A stretch of 63,842 nt of DNA, the filler included, from Thermoplasmatota archaeon (GTDB lineage Archaea > Thermoplasmatota > E2 > JACPAO01 > JAHFTW01): NCBI GenBank assembly GCA_041623215.1. It is 3 parts of 3 records of this genome, joined end to end, with 100 filler letters (N's around TTAATTAATTAA, not from the genome) between each part and the next. Parts side by side here need not be neighbours in the genome. Positions count along the whole stretch, not along the records: positions 26,703 to 51,277 come from JBFJXH010000011.1; positions 51,378 to 63,842 come from JBFJXH010000048.1; 1 more part is not named here. The stretch is one strand, 5' to 3'. The stretch's first letter is position 1, and each line of letters starts with the position of its first letter. Position numbers and translations under genes: made by a program. The notes under the pieces were generated by a model. That model made no database searches. It was not told where the DNA came from and saw only the letters and a list, made by a program, of their open reading frames with translations. Shown here in pieces: positions 46,794-57,558 of this stretch.

Positions 46794-49700
46794 ATGTCCC
46801 AAAAGGTCCATGTCCCGTTGTTGCTGGCAATTTGTCTCTTCTTGGCGTCGGCCACTGTGTCGGCGACGCACACAAGTGGTGGTACGGGCACGTTTGGGTC
46901 ATTTGTCAAAGACGGCGACACCGACTTCACGGTCAGCCTCAAGGAGTTGCCATCCACCCAACATCCCTGGCTGGCCATCGTCGAAGCGGGCACCGGCGGC
47001 GTGGACAGCGACGACTGCTACTACATTCACCTCGACGATTCCGTATCACCCGATGATACCCCGAATCATGACGATATCGCCATTGCTGACGGGCACACGT
47101 CCTGTGAGAACGTGGGCACGTTGATTCGTTCGACCGATATCCCCGGCACGTACGACAGCGTCACCCTAGACCTCATCAGCCTCGTTCGCTACATGGAAGT
47201 GGACGGCCAAAGCGGCTTCACCGAAGACGACTGGGTGTACTTCGACACGGGAGACGACGCTGGCGAGCTTGACGATGGAGACATACGCCTGCGAACGCCG
47301 CGCGTCGGCAGCATCACGCCGCCCACAAGCACCCAGTACGTGCTTCCCGGCGACGCTGACCTAGCGTCCACGACCACCGGTGAAGACGTGTTGCCCTATG
47401 ACGCAGCCTTCGAGCCGGGAGCCTTCAGCTGGCGCTACTTTGATGCCAACGTGGACGGCGAGTTCGATGACGGCGATGACCTCGTCTTGATTCCCCCCGG
47501 AGGAAGCACGGACTTCCTATCCGTGCACCACGTGTTCCTCGGCGACACAGGCCGCAGCGGCCACGGCGACCGCGTTGAAGCAGGCGACCGCGACGCAGTG
47601 CCACTTCTCAAGGACCTCACCGGCGATGTCTACATTGCCACCACGACCGACCTAAGTCCTTGCCCCGACTTGTTGGAAGTGGACTTCTACCTCCACTTTG
47701 GCGACCCTGGAGGCGGCACGGCCCATATTCAACCCGGAGACATCACGCTTCGCCGAGATGGCGGAACAGATGGGCGGGCGAGCAATTATTGGCGCAAGGT
47801 TGGCACCACCACTGATGGCGCTGGAAGTCCTATTACGGCTAGCAAGTTGCTCAATGCCACGGACTTGTACTACGTCAACAAGCCCGGTACGCCGGCGACG
47901 TTCACGGGCGATGACTGGTTGTACCTCAACATCGACGACACGTTCTGTGGCGATGCCGGCCTTGGCTACTCAGAGGGAGACATTCGCATCAAGGGCTTCA
48001 GTTACAGTGGCCAAGACACCTACAGTGCGGGCAGCATGGTCCGCACGAGCGACGACGACTTGGACGTGTTCGATTCTGCCACCTTGAATCCAAATAGCCA
48101 CACGGAGCCGTGGGCCTTCCTGTTGCACGACGCCGACGGCTCTTCCAGTCGCCCCCTCAAATCATTGACCAAGGCGGCCTTCAACGACACCGACGACGAT
48201 GGCATCTGGGACAGCACCGAAGCGGTGTACATTGATGCTGATGGCTCCGGCAACGTCACGGCTGGCGACACGCGCCTGCGTCACACCAGCTTGACCGCAT
48301 CCACGACGGACGATGAAGAATTCGTGGGTAGTGGCGACGGAGACATCGGTTCGGACCTCGCGACCACCAGTTCCACGCGGTTCTACCTGCTTGGCAGCAC
48401 CGACACCACGTTCCACGACGGCGCTGGCGAATGGGTCATTTACTCACCCGATGCGCATGCGACGCCTGGCGACCGCGCCGTCACTGCGGTCGGGGCCATT
48501 GCAGCGGGAGATGCCCTGACGGCTGCGCAAACCGACTTTGACGGCATTGTTGGCTCCGTGGATGACTACTTCTTCCAGTGGGTCCCCGACGGTCAGACCG
48601 GCCCGTATGAGTTTGCCCAAGTGCACGACTTGCGCATGGGCAGCAGTCCAGATCCTGTCCAGGAGAGCGACCGCGAACACGTGCCCGTCCTACAACGCAT
48701 TGACGAAGGCGACCAATTCTTGGTACACTTGGACCGGGAAGAAGACAGCCTGCTCGACGACACGTTCTACTTGGCGCTTCGTGACGGCGCCTTCGATGAT
48801 GAACTGGACGATGACGACCTGCGCCTGACGCCATTTATTGGCGGCGACGCGGCCGGCACGCTCGTCCAATTGTCGGACACCCTGGAAACCAGTGCGTCCT
48901 CTTCTTTGATCTTCAACGCCTCTGACCTCTCGCAGTACATCCGATTCGTGGACCTTGATGGCGACGGGTTTGACCCCACAGATCCAGTTTACATCGACCT
49001 TCCAACAAGCTTGGGCGGAGATACTTTTGGCAACATTAGTCGCTTTGACATTCGCTTGACGCAGCAAACCGTCGATGGTGTGACCTTCAAGGCCGGCACC
49101 ATGATTCGCAGTGGCGACGAGGACCTGAACGAACACTCGGGCGCCTATGATACACTGGATGCAGGTTTCGCCTTCGAGCTCTACTACTGGGACAGCGACC
49201 GGGACGGCGAATTTGACGAGGACGACAAATTGTACGTTGTCGTGGAAGAAACTGCCAGCCCCCGTGACCCCATGACACCTGACTTGCTGACGCTTCGCCT
49301 AACTGGCAGCGGCGGCGGCTCCAGCAACACGGGCAGCGGCAGCAGCTCCTCTGGCGGTGGCTCCAGCAGTAGCTCCGGCAGTGGCAGCAGCTCCAGCAGT
49401 GGCTCAGACAGTGGCGGCGATTCGTCCACCTCTACGCCGCCGCCGACATCTGGCAAGCCTGACCTTCGTTCCATCAATATTGCCATCAACCAAGGATTGA
49501 CTGTGACGCGTGACGCCAATGGCAACCACCTGGCCTGGCCGGCCCAATCGGGCATTGACGGCTATCAAGTCTGGCGCTCGGCTTCCCCGTACCAGTATGT
49601 TCACCTCGCGCGGGGGGCGGACAACAACCATTGGACAGATTCCGTTGGCAAGGCTTCCAGCCATTACTTGGTCACCGCGTACTACCGCGACGGCGATACG

Positions 49701-49967
49701 TTGGTTGGCTTCACGCAGGACCTGCATGGGGAAGGCGTCCCCGGAGGCAGCGCACTTGTAGGCATTAAGCCGACGCCCGCGGCGGGCGGCGGCACGGACT
49801 CCGGCGCGACCGGGGGCGGCGCTAGCGACGGCGACGGCGGCACGGGCGATGATGGCAGTGGCAGCGGCGGTGACGAAGACGAACCCACGCCAGGCCTGGC
49901 CGTGGTGTCCCTCATCGCGGTTCTTGGCGGCGCCCTAGTTCTGGCGCGACGCCGCAGCCACTCCTAA
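46794..49967 (+). CDS. Large acidic cell-surface protein, paralog of 44210, PGF-CTERM variant (PGL)
   Basis: TTTTTAAT upstream; signal peptide from ATG 46794; Dx[DN]xDG loops; Ser/Gly linker; DEDEPTPGL-TM-RRR. Confidence 0.88.
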   Translation: MSQKVHVPLLLAICLFLASATVSATHTSGGTGTFGSFVKDGDTDFTVSLKELPSTQHPWLAIVEAGTGGVDSDDCYYIHLDDSVSPDDTPNHDDIAIADGHTSCENVGTLIRSTDIPGTYDSVTLDLISLVRYMEVDGQSGFTEDDWVYFDTGDDAGELDDGDIRLRTPRVGSITPPTSTQYVLPGDADLASTTTGEDVLPYDAAFEPGAFSWRYFDANVDGEFDDGDDLVLIPPGGSTDFLSVHHVFLGDTGRSGHGDRVEAGDRDAVPLLKDLTGDVYIATTTDLSPCPDLLEVDFYLHFGDPGGGTAHIQPGDITLRRDGGTDGRASNYWRKVGTTTDGAGSPITASKLLNATDLYYVNKPGTPATFTGDDWLYLNIDDTFCGDAGLGYSEGDIRIKGFSYSGQDTYSAGSMVRTSDDDLDVFDSATLNPNSHTEPWAFLLHDADGSSSRPLKSLTKAAFNDTDDDGIWDSTEAVYIDADGSGNVTAGDTRLRHTSLTASTTDDEEFVGSGDGDIGSDLATTSSTRFYLLGSTDTTFHDGAGEWVIYSPDAHATPGDRAVTAVGAIAAGDALTAAQTDFDGIVGSVDDYFFQWVPDGQTGPYEFAQVHDLRMGSSPDPVQESDREHVPVLQRIDEGDQFLVHLDREEDSLLDDTFYLALRDGAFDDELDDDDLRLTPFIGGDAAGTLVQLSDTLETSASSSLIFNASDLSQYIRFVDLDGDGFDPTDPVYIDLPTSLGGDTFGNISRFDIRLTQQTVDGVTFKAGTMIRSGDEDLNEHSGAYDTLDAGFAFELYYWDSDRDGEFDEDDKLYVVVEETASPRDPMTPDLLTLRLTGSGGGSSNTGSGSSSSGGGSSSSSGSGSSSSSGSDSGGDSSTSTPPPTSGKPDLRSINIAINQGLTVTRDANGNHLAWPAQSGIDGYQVWRSASPYQYVHLARGADNNHWTDSVGKASSHYLVTAYYRDGDTLVGFTQDLHGEGVPGGSALVGIKPTPAAGGGTDSGATGGGASDGDGGTGDDGSGSGGDEDEPTPGLAVVSLIAVLGGALVLARRRSHS

Positions 49968-50034
49968 TGGCTCATTCGTCCATGACCGCGCCAAGGCATG
50001 AACCAAGCGCATTTAATACGCCCAATCGTTTGTC

Positions 50035-50658
50035 ATGCGCATGGTCGTTGGTGGACCTACGCTTGCAATAATGAATCCGGCCAAACTATCGCACGTTGCG
50101 TTTGCTTATGCGATAACTGCCGAAGAAGCCCTCGAAAACCCGCGCCGACGTAGCCTCATTTCACGCATTCGCCGGCACCCCGGTGCCACGTTCAGGGAAC
50201 TGCTGAGGCGGACCGAAATCCCCTCCGGCGCTGCCAGACATCACCTTGAGATTCTGAAGCGGTGCTCCCTCATCGACGAGAAACGATTTCACCAGACGAG
50301 TCGATTTTACCTCCCAGGCTCGGCATCTGATCAGCACTGGCGCGCAATTGCCGTTCTGCGCGAGGAGCCCCTGGCTGAATTGCACGAACTTGTCGATGCC
50401 GAGCCCGGTCTCCGCCAGGTCGATATTATTGACCGCGCCCGCGACGACCTTGGCTGGTCTCGAAGCTCCACGCAGCATCGCCTCCAACGCATGGAGGACG
50501 AAGGGCTCGTACGAAGCGTCAGGATGGGTCGCATTCGTCGCTACTTTACGACGGGAGAGGGTGATCCGGCCCTCGACGCGCTTCGCGCCACCCAGGCTGC
50601 CGATGCGCCGGCCGTGAATCAGCCTGAAGCTGACCTAAGTCGCGCCTTCAGTGCCTGA
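50035..50658 (+). CDS. Soluble double winged-helix transcriptional regulator
   Basis: ALENPRRR..HPGATFREL..GAARHHL; second wHTH SSTQHRLQRM; TTTAATA upstream. Confidence 0.85.
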   Translation: MRMVVGGPTLAIMNPAKLSHVAFAYAITAEEALENPRRRSLISRIRRHPGATFRELLRRTEIPSGAARHHLEILKRCSLIDEKRFHQTSRFYLPGSASDQHWRAIAVLREEPLAELHELVDAEPGLRQVDIIDRARDDLGWSRSSTQHRLQRMEDEGLVRSVRMGRIRRYFTTGEGDPALDALRATQAADAPAVNQPEADLSRAFSA

Positions 50659-51277
50659 ATCGCAGGGATTGCAGAGGGGTCGTGGTCACCAAGCATTGCC
50701 ATGTAGAAGGCCGTCAGGTCCACGGTTTGCAACAAGCCTGCCTGGGCCTCCAGGTGGTCTTCCCAGGATTGGATTGCTGGCTGCCGCAGGTCGTGCCACG
50801 GAATGCCCCATGACCCATACGCCTCCCGCATGAAGGCCAAGCGCGCATCCATTTCGGCTCGCTGGGCCGCGTGGCTTAGACAAACCACCGCAAAGGCATC
50901 GCGGTGGGGGTCCTGCGTCCACCCCATCAAATCGTTGTGATTACATTCAGGCACCAGGTCCACGTCGGCGATTTTCTTGGCGGTCTCGTTAATCATGCCA
51001 CGAAAATGCAAGCCGACACCCTGCAGTGACGGCGTTGCGTAAATTTGGGGAATTTTCTGCAACAAGGCTGTGGCGAGTTGCTTGGCGGGGTTGGCGGCGA
51101 CGGGTTGGTGTGGCCCCGCCTCGTTGTCCACGCGCTCGACTGCCTTGGCCATTCGCTCAATAGGCACATCTGGCAACATGCCGGAACCCTGCAAGAACCC
51201 CAGAATGGCGGCCCAGGAGAAGGCCGTCGCGGCCCGCGGCTGGTGGCCGGCTTCGAGCTGGATGTGCGTCCCGGGCA
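50619..51277 (-). CDS. Bifunctional phosphoglucose/phosphomannose isomerase (SIS), C-terminal part; 5' end lost in the gap
   Basis: NPAKQLA and INETAK...VPECNHNDLMGW motifs. Confidence 0.82.
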
Positions 51278-51377
51278 NNNNNNNNNNNNNNNNNNNNNNN
51301 NNNNNNNNNNNNNNNNNNNNNTTAATTAATTAANNNNNNNNNNNNNNNNNNNNNNNNNNNNNNNNNNNNNNNNNNNN
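51278..51377. other. Artificial scaffold linker (N-run with TTAATTAATTAA)
   Basis: Same design as 26603-26702. Confidence 0.98.
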
Positions 51378-51874
51378 ACGGCCGCAAATCGGCCCGCCCG
51401 ATCGTCTGCGACGAAGGGCCCGGCCGCGCCCAAAAACCGCGCCGAACGCGGCCCGACGCGGAGAGTTGTTGCGCGCTAATCATAGGCGCCAAATCTTCAC
51501 CACCATGCACAGACGCGCGATGAACTGAAGCACGACTCTCCTAGAGTACGTCATTACACTCCGTACTTGCATAGCAGTACTTTCATGCATCTCTTAGGCC
51601 CCTTTATGGGGCCTAAAAGCATAAAGCACCTAACAAACGAAGGAATGAAACCCCCTGAACCCGGTTTCAAACATCCCCCGCCCAGACATAGTATGAAGCT
51701 TGGTGGTAGAGATATTACGGGAGCTGTGGGGCCAGGACCCCGGGCCAAAAAACGCCCGGTGAACTCTTGCAAGGCGGCCGACCCAGGTGCCCTGTTTAAG
51801 CGGTTCGACGGCGCGCGCTACTTCGCAGGACGGAACCGCCACGCGACACTCGCCATCGCCTCGAGCTTGGCACC

Positions 51875-54706
51875 CTAGGCAAGCAGTGGCCCGAGAAACT
51901 GCCCGGTGAACGATTCAGGCACGGCCGCCACTTCTTCGGGCGTTCCTTCGGCGATGATTTGGCCGCCTCCGTCGCCCCCTTCGGGCCCCAGGTCTAGAAT
52001 CCAGTCGGCGCATTTGATGACGTCTAGGTTGTGCTCAATGACGACCACCGAATTACCTCCGTCGGCCAGTCGTTGCAGGACCTCCAGCAGGTGCTTGATG
52101 TCGTGGATATGGAGGCCGGTCGTGGGTTCGTCAAGGATGAACAGCGTCTTGCCCGTGCTTCGCTTGCTGAGTTCGGTGGCCAGCTTGACGCGTTGCGCTT
52201 CGCCGCCCGATAGTTGCGTTGCGGGCTGGCCGAGACGGATGTAGCCTAGGCCCACGTCATTGAGCGTTTCGAGCTTGTTGCGAATCGCCGGATGGGCCTG
52301 GAAGAAGGCGAGGGCGTCTTCGACCGGGAGATCTAGGACGTCGCGGATGTTCTTGCCCTTGTAACGCACTTGCAAGGTTTCCTTGTTGTAGCGGGCACCT
52401 TTGCACACTTCGCAGTCGACGTAGACATCGGGCAGAAAGTGCATCTCAATCTTGACTTGACCGTCGCCCTGGCAGGCTTCACACCGTCCCCCTTTCACGT
52501 TGAAACTGAAGCGACCAGGTTTGTAGCCACGCGCCTTCGATTCCTGGGTCTGCGCGAACAAATCCCGAATGGGGGTCCACAAGCCGGTGTAGGTTGCGGG
52601 GTTGCTGCGCGGCGTGCGGCCAATGGGAGACTGGTCAATGTCAATGACTTTGTCAATGTGCTTGAGGCCCTTGATGTCATCGTGTTCGCCCGGGCGTTCT
52701 CCGCCGACGAGACCGAGGTGATTCAGGGTGCCTTTGTACAGCGTTTCGTTGATGAGCGTCGATTTGCCGCTCCCCGAGACGCCGGTCACGGCGACGAAGC
52801 AGCCGAGTGGAATGTCGGCGTCAATGCCTTGCAGGTTGTTGGCGCGCGCCCCTTGGATGCGTAGTTTCTTGGCCCCTGGTGCCCGGCGCGTGATCGGCAC
52901 GGGGATACCCAACTTGCCCGACAGGTACTGCCCAGTCAGGCTCGCTTTGCTCTTGGCAACAACGCTGGGCTTGCCTGCGGCAACGATGTGACCACCATGT
53001 TCACCTGCGCCGGGGCCGAGGTCCACTAAGTAGTCGGCGGCCCGCATGGTATCTTCGTCGTGTTCCACCACGAGAACCGTGTTGTCGAGACTCTTGAGGT
53101 GCTGGAGTGTCTCCAGCAGTCGATGGTTGTCTCGTTGGTGCAGACCAATGCTCGGCTCATCGAGGACGTACAAGACGCCTTGCAGCCCGCTGCCAATCTG
53201 GCTTGCGAGGCGAATCCGCTGCGATTCGCCCCCGCTTAGCGTTGCCGCCATGCGGTCCAAGCTCAGGTAGCCGAGGCCGACGTTGTTGAGGAACGAGAGG
53301 CGGGCGCCGATTTCCTTGAGGACCTCGCGCCCGATGTCGACCTGGCGCTTGCTGAGGCTTTTGGGAAGCCCGTCAAACCAGGCCAAGGCGTCGGCCACGG
53401 ACTTGGTGGTGGCGTCAATGATGTTGTGACCATCAATGGTGACCGCGAGGACTTCCGGTTTGAGCCGTTGCCCGTGGCAGGCGCCACAGGCTCGTTCGGC
53501 TAGGAAGCCCTGGATTCGGTCGCGCGCCCTCTCACTGGTTGATTCCTTGAGGAGGCGCTGCATGCGATTGGCGATACCTTCCCAATGGCTGGCGCCGCTG
53601 AATTGGTAGGTGCTTCCGCTGGCGGATTCTCCTTCGTAGTTGTACGCTACCGCTTCCGGCGAACCGTACAGAATCAATTCCTTGTGCGCCTCAGGCATGT
53701 CTTGCCAGGGCACCGACAAGTCGAGGTCGTAGTGGCGAGCCACTTGTCGCAGCCACCGGCCCATCCAGGACTTGTAGATGAAGACTTCATGGTGGAAACA
53801 ACCCTTGGCGATGGATTTCTCTGGGTAGCGGATGACTTTCGATTCGTCAGGCGCCAGGGCGTGGCCAAGGCCGCTGCACTTGGGGCAAGCGCCCTGCGGT
53901 GCGTTGAAGCTGAAGATGCGGGGAATCAATTCGGGAAGCACGGCGCCATGTTCGGGGCAGCCGAAGGCCTCCGAGTAGAGCACTTCATCCTTCGGTCGCA
54001 CCAGGGAGACCAAGCCCTCGGCTATTGCGAAGGATTGCTCGATGGCATCCACGAGCCGTTCGCCAATTTCGGGTCCGACTTTGAGCCGGTCGATGACGAC
54101 TTCGATGGTGTGGCGGTCGTTGCGGCCGAGGTCCCATTTCTGGTCCGTGGTGCCCGCTTCGCCATCGACGTAGACGCGCGTGAATCCCTGGGATTGCAGT
54201 TCCGAGAACAACTTCTCGTAGGTTCCCTTCCGGTCGCGGACGACCGGCGCCACCACCTGGATTTTTTCCCCCTCCGGCCAGCTCATAATGTCGTTGGCAA
54301 TTTGGTCGACGCTCATCTTGCCAATGTCGCGGCCGCAGTGGTGGCAGTGCGGCTCGCCGACATGCGCCCACAAGAGCCGTAGATAGTCGTAGATTTCCGT
54401 CACGGTTCCAACCGTGGACCTGGGGTTGCGGCTGGTGGTCTTCTGGTCGATGCTGATGGCCGGCGACAGGCCCTCGATGTGGTCGACCTCCGGCTTCTTC
54501 ATCTGCCCCAAGAACTGACGGGCGTAGGCTGACAGCGATTCGACGTACCGGCGCTGTCCTTCGGCGTAGATGGTGTCGAAGGCCAGGGATGATTTGCCGG
54601 ATCCCGACAAGCCCGTGACCACGGTAAGGGTGCCGCGGGGAATGTCTACGTCCACGCCCTTGAGATTGTGTTCGCGTGCGCCTCGAACCGTGATGAAGTC
54701 AGGCAT
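51875..54706 (-). CDS. uvrA: Excinuclease ABC subunit A
   Basis: [23 protein letters not shown]; two ABC cassettes; Zn fingers. Confidence 0.98.
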   Translation of the reverse strand: MPDFITVRGAREHNLKGVDVDIPRGTLTVVTGLSGSGKSSLAFDTIYAEGQRRYVESLSAYARQFLGQMKKPEVDHIEGLSPAISIDQKTTSRNPRSTVGTVTEIYDYLRLLWAHVGEPHCHHCGRDIGKMSVDQIANDIMSWPEGEKIQVVAPVVRDRKGTYEKLFSELQSQGFTRVYVDGEAGTTDQKWDLGRNDRHTIEVVIDRLKVGPEIGERLVDAIEQSFAIAEGLVSLVRPKDEVLYSEAFGCPEHGAVLPELIPRIFSFNAPQGACPKCSGLGHALAPDESKVIRYPEKSIAKGCFHHEVFIYKSWMGRWLRQVARHYDLDLSVPWQDMPEAHKELILYGSPEAVAYNYEGESASGSTYQFSGASHWEGIANRMQRLLKESTSERARDRIQGFLAERACGACHGQRLKPEVLAVTIDGHNIIDATTKSVADALAWFDGLPKSLSKRQVDIGREVLKEIGARLSFLNNVGLGYLSLDRMAATLSGGESQRIRLASQIGSGLQGVLYVLDEPSIGLHQRDNHRLLETLQHLKSLDNTVLVVEHDEDTMRAADYLVDLGPGAGEHGGHIVAAGKPSVVAKSKASLTGQYLSGKLGIPVPITRRAPGAKKLRIQGARANNLQGIDADIPLGCFVAVTGVSGSGKSTLINETLYKGTLNHLGLVGGERPGEHDDIKGLKHIDKVIDIDQSPIGRTPRSNPATYTGLWTPIRDLFAQTQESKARGYKPGRFSFNVKGGRCEACQGDGQVKIEMHFLPDVYVDCEVCKGARYNKETLQVRYKGKNIRDVLDLPVEDALAFFQAHPAIRNKLETLNDVGLGYIRLGQPATQLSGGEAQRVKLATELSKRSTGKTLFILDEPTTGLHIHDIKHLLEVLQRLADGGNSVVVIEHNLDVIKCADWILDLGPEGGDGGGQIIAEGTPEEVAAVPESFTGQFLGPLLA

Positions 54707-54891
54707 GCAGGTGGCTCCGCTCAGGCTCGTAGCCGCGGATGTGCATCAGAGGCGGAACAGGTCCCAGCATCAGTAGTTTTGGCCGACCCAGCCATGGCGC
54801 TTCAAGCTATGGGCCCGGGTGAGTAAACGTAACCCGCCGGCGAGCCATGGCCAATCGAATGCTTCAAGCGCTGCGTGCCGGGTCGCAAGCT

Positions 54892-55200
54892 ATGGCGTCT
54901 TCTCAGATGGACACGGTTGTTGGCATCATTCTCATCGTCGTGGGGGCCTTGGCCCTGCTCGGCTGGATTGGTCTTGGAGCCATTGTCTCCATCGCGGCCG
55001 TTGTTGCGCTCGTCGTCGGCATCCTCATGCTCGTCAACGTGGTCAATGGTTCCACCGCCCAAGGCGTTGTGCTCGTGGTTGCAGGCGTACTTCTCCTGAT
55101 GCCGAACGTCGTCGGGCAACTGGTTGGCGACGTGCTGGAAACCATCGCTGCTGTGCTGCTAATCGTGGTGGGTGCGCTCAAACTCATGGGCAAATGGTAA
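54892..55200 (+). CDS. Small four-helix membrane protein (start uncertain)
   Basis: Four hydrophobic segments. Confidence 0.7.
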   Translation: MASSQMDTVVGIILIVVGALALLGWIGLGAIVSIAAVVALVVGILMLVNVVNGSTAQGVVLVVAGVLLLMPNVVGQLVGDVLETIAAVLLIVVGALKLMGKW

Positions 55201-55577
55201 TCCGCTACGCTTCAGCCGAGGACGCAGCCCACGTTGCCCGCTTCTTCGCCGGCCGGCCGCTTGGCAGAGACCTCTGGGACCAACTGGCCCAGGAGGCCAT
55301 GTCATGGGGTGCCATTGAGGTAACTGCCACCAAGAGTCGCACCTGCCTCAAGGGCCGCACACGGTTTCTGTGGTGCCCGCAAAGCAACCTGGATGGCACC
55401 ACGTACATTCGCTTCTGGTACCCCCATCCCTTGGGAGAAGCGTCCGAGCGGCTCCGGTTAGACGTTGCCGACGACGGCCGCATCAGTCATCGGCTGAAGC
55501 TCAAGGAGTTGGATGGCCAAGCGCTTGCTTGGTTCCGCGCCGCCTACGAGTTTGACGTTGCGGGCGACGGCAAATGA
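55194..55577 (+). CDS. Hypothetical protein, DUF5655-like
   Basis: ATG overlaps the upstream stop; EVTATKS...F; ELDGQALAWFRAAY. Confidence 0.6.
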   Translation: MVIRYASAEDAAHVARFFAGRPLGRDLWDQLAQEAMSWGAIEVTATKSRTCLKGRTRFLWCPQSNLDGTTYIRFWYPHPLGEASERLRLDVADDGRISHRLKLKELDGQALAWFRAAYEFDVAGDGK

Positions 55578-56140
55578 TGGCCCATGCGCGTCGCCTTCGT
55601 CGCTAGGTAGTCGGCGTTGCCGTCGTGGTGGCCGACGACCAAGGGAACGCGTGCGGCAATGGCAATCCGCTCGGCCTCGAGGCCGGCCACCTTGGCAGGA
55701 TTGTTGGTCAGGAGGCGCACCCGGTCAATGCCCAGTTCACGAAGCACGCGCGCCGCAGCGGCATAATCGCGGCCATCGGCAGGATGACCTAGCATCGTAT
55801 TGGCATCCACCGTATCGTGGCCTTCATCCTGGAGCGAGTAGGCCTTGATTTTTTCCACCAGCCCAATCCCTCGGCCCTCTTGGCGCAGGTAGAGAAGAAC
55901 GCCCGCCGACTCCTTGGAGATGGCATCGAGAGCCGCCTCAAGCTGGGCGCCGCAATCACAGCGGCGGCTACCGAGCAAGTCGCCGGTAAGGCACTCACTG
56001 TGCAGCCGCACCAGCGGCACAACGTCCGGATTACCCACTTCGCCGTGAATCAAAGCGGCGTGTTCGCGGCCATGGTCATGCCAGGCGATGATTCGGTGGT
56101 CGCCGCGCTCTGTGGGCAACCGGGCTTCCGTCAATTCCAT
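55544..56140 (-). CDS. ribA: GTP cyclohydrolase II
   Basis: VRLHSECLTGD..GSRRCDCG, QEGRGIGL and LLTNNPAK motifs. Confidence 0.95.
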   Translation of the reverse strand: MELTEARLPTERGDHRIIAWHDHGREHAALIHGEVGNPDVVPLVRLHSECLTGDLLGSRRCDCGAQLEAALDAISKESAGVLLYLRQEGRGIGLVEKIKAYSLQDEGHDTVDANTMLGHPADGRDYAAAARVLRELGIDRVRLLTNNPAKVAGLEAERIAIAARVPLVVGHHDGNADYLATKATRMGHHLPSPATSNS

Positions 56141-56256
56141 CCCAGGGCCCGGCCAGCCAGCCTACCACTTGACGGGTTGCAGCCTACCTATGTTTGGGTA
56201 GCATGTGTGGTGCCGAGAGCCGAGCCGTTTAAAGGAAACCAAGCGTCGGCGGCGCA

Positions 56257-57477
56257 ATGGCGTCCCCCGACGGGAAACCGCACCTGAAGGAGGGCGAAGA
56301 GGAAACACTCCTTGCCAAAGTCGTCTTCCTCATCTACCGGTTTCTGGTCAAAGGGGACGGCCCAATCCCATTTCTGCGAGAAATCGTGGGCAGCTTAGTG
56401 GTCGTAGGCATTATCCTCGCCGCCCTGTGGGGTGGCACCGGCCAATCATTCCCAGACGAGGCCCCCGTCGTAGTCGTTGAGTCCGGGAGCATGATGCATT
56501 GCACCAACGGCGTTGGTAGTCCAAGTGCCACGTGCGTCGGAGAATCCTTTGGCCGCGTCGGCACCATTGACCCAGGAGACCTCGTCTTCGTCAAGGCGGT
56601 GGACGGCAAAGACGACGTGGAGACCTATGCAGCCGGCGGCAAGGTCCGCCACGGCTACTCAGGCGATGTCATTGTTTACCACAAAAACGGCGACGACAAA
56701 CAAACGCCCATCATTCACCGCGCCATGTTCTGGCTACAGATTCACGGCGACGGCACCTACTCCGTGCCCGAATTGGGCATCCACCGGCGCTCCGACCTCA
56801 ACCATCCGCGCCTCACGAGCGACGAGTACGGCCTCGGTTCCGACTATCACAAGGTGCTGGAGCGAAACAACGCGGGGCCGGAGGACTCAGGCTACGTCAC
56901 GCGCGGCGACAACAACCAGAAGGCCGACCAACCGGGGATTAGTCAAATGCCCATCCAACCGGACTGGATCTTGGGCAAGGCCCGCGGCGAGGTCCCCTGG
57001 ATGGGCCTCATCAAACTGCGGGTGAGCGACTTCACCTCTGGCACCAACTTCTACGCGGACGCGCCAAAGGATTTGCGCCAAATTCTGATTGGCGTTGTGG
57101 TGCTCCTCGTGGCCATTCCCTTCGCGATTGAAATGGCCTTCAAGTTGCGTCGGAACCGGCCACAAGTCGAAGATGTGACGAAAGACCCCCGCAAGAAGCC
57201 CCACGCCGCCAAAACCGAGGGCAAACGGGCCGAGAAGGGCCAGCCAGACCCGGAAACCGGGGATGGCGCGGGCGACGAGTATGTGGTCGTCTATACCGGC
57301 GACGAGGACGATGATGACGAGCTCATGAGCTTCAACCCACCGTCGAAAACAGGCGCCAAGGAATCCGACGCCAAGTCGACGGAACCCCCCAACTCACCGG
57401 GCCAAACGCCCGCCAAGAAGGGCCAGGATGACGGGGATGGGGACGACGACAGCGAGTGGGCACCGAGCAGCACCTAG
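56257..57477 (+). CDS. Signal peptidase I (S26, Sec11 type) with acidic tail
   Basis: VVESGSMMH, IIHRA and TRGDNN motifs. Confidence 0.92.
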   Translation: MASPDGKPHLKEGEEETLLAKVVFLIYRFLVKGDGPIPFLREIVGSLVVVGIILAALWGGTGQSFPDEAPVVVVESGSMMHCTNGVGSPSATCVGESFGRVGTIDPGDLVFVKAVDGKDDVETYAAGGKVRHGYSGDVIVYHKNGDDKQTPIIHRAMFWLQIHGDGTYSVPELGIHRRSDLNHPRLTSDEYGLGSDYHKVLERNNAGPEDSGYVTRGDNNQKADQPGISQMPIQPDWILGKARGEVPWMGLIKLRVSDFTSGTNFYADAPKDLRQILIGVVVLLVAIPFAIEMAFKLRRNRPQVEDVTKDPRKKPHAAKTEGKRAEKGQPDPETGDGAGDEYVVVYTGDEDDDDELMSFNPPSKTGAKESDAKSTEPPNSPGQTPAKKGQDDGDGDDDSEWAPSST

Positions 57478-57558
57478 GCAACGACTGCTTGGCATCTGCA
57501 CCCCCTAGCCCCACAGTGCCTCGCTGCACCGGCCCTGGTGTCCCAACCCCCTTGCGGC

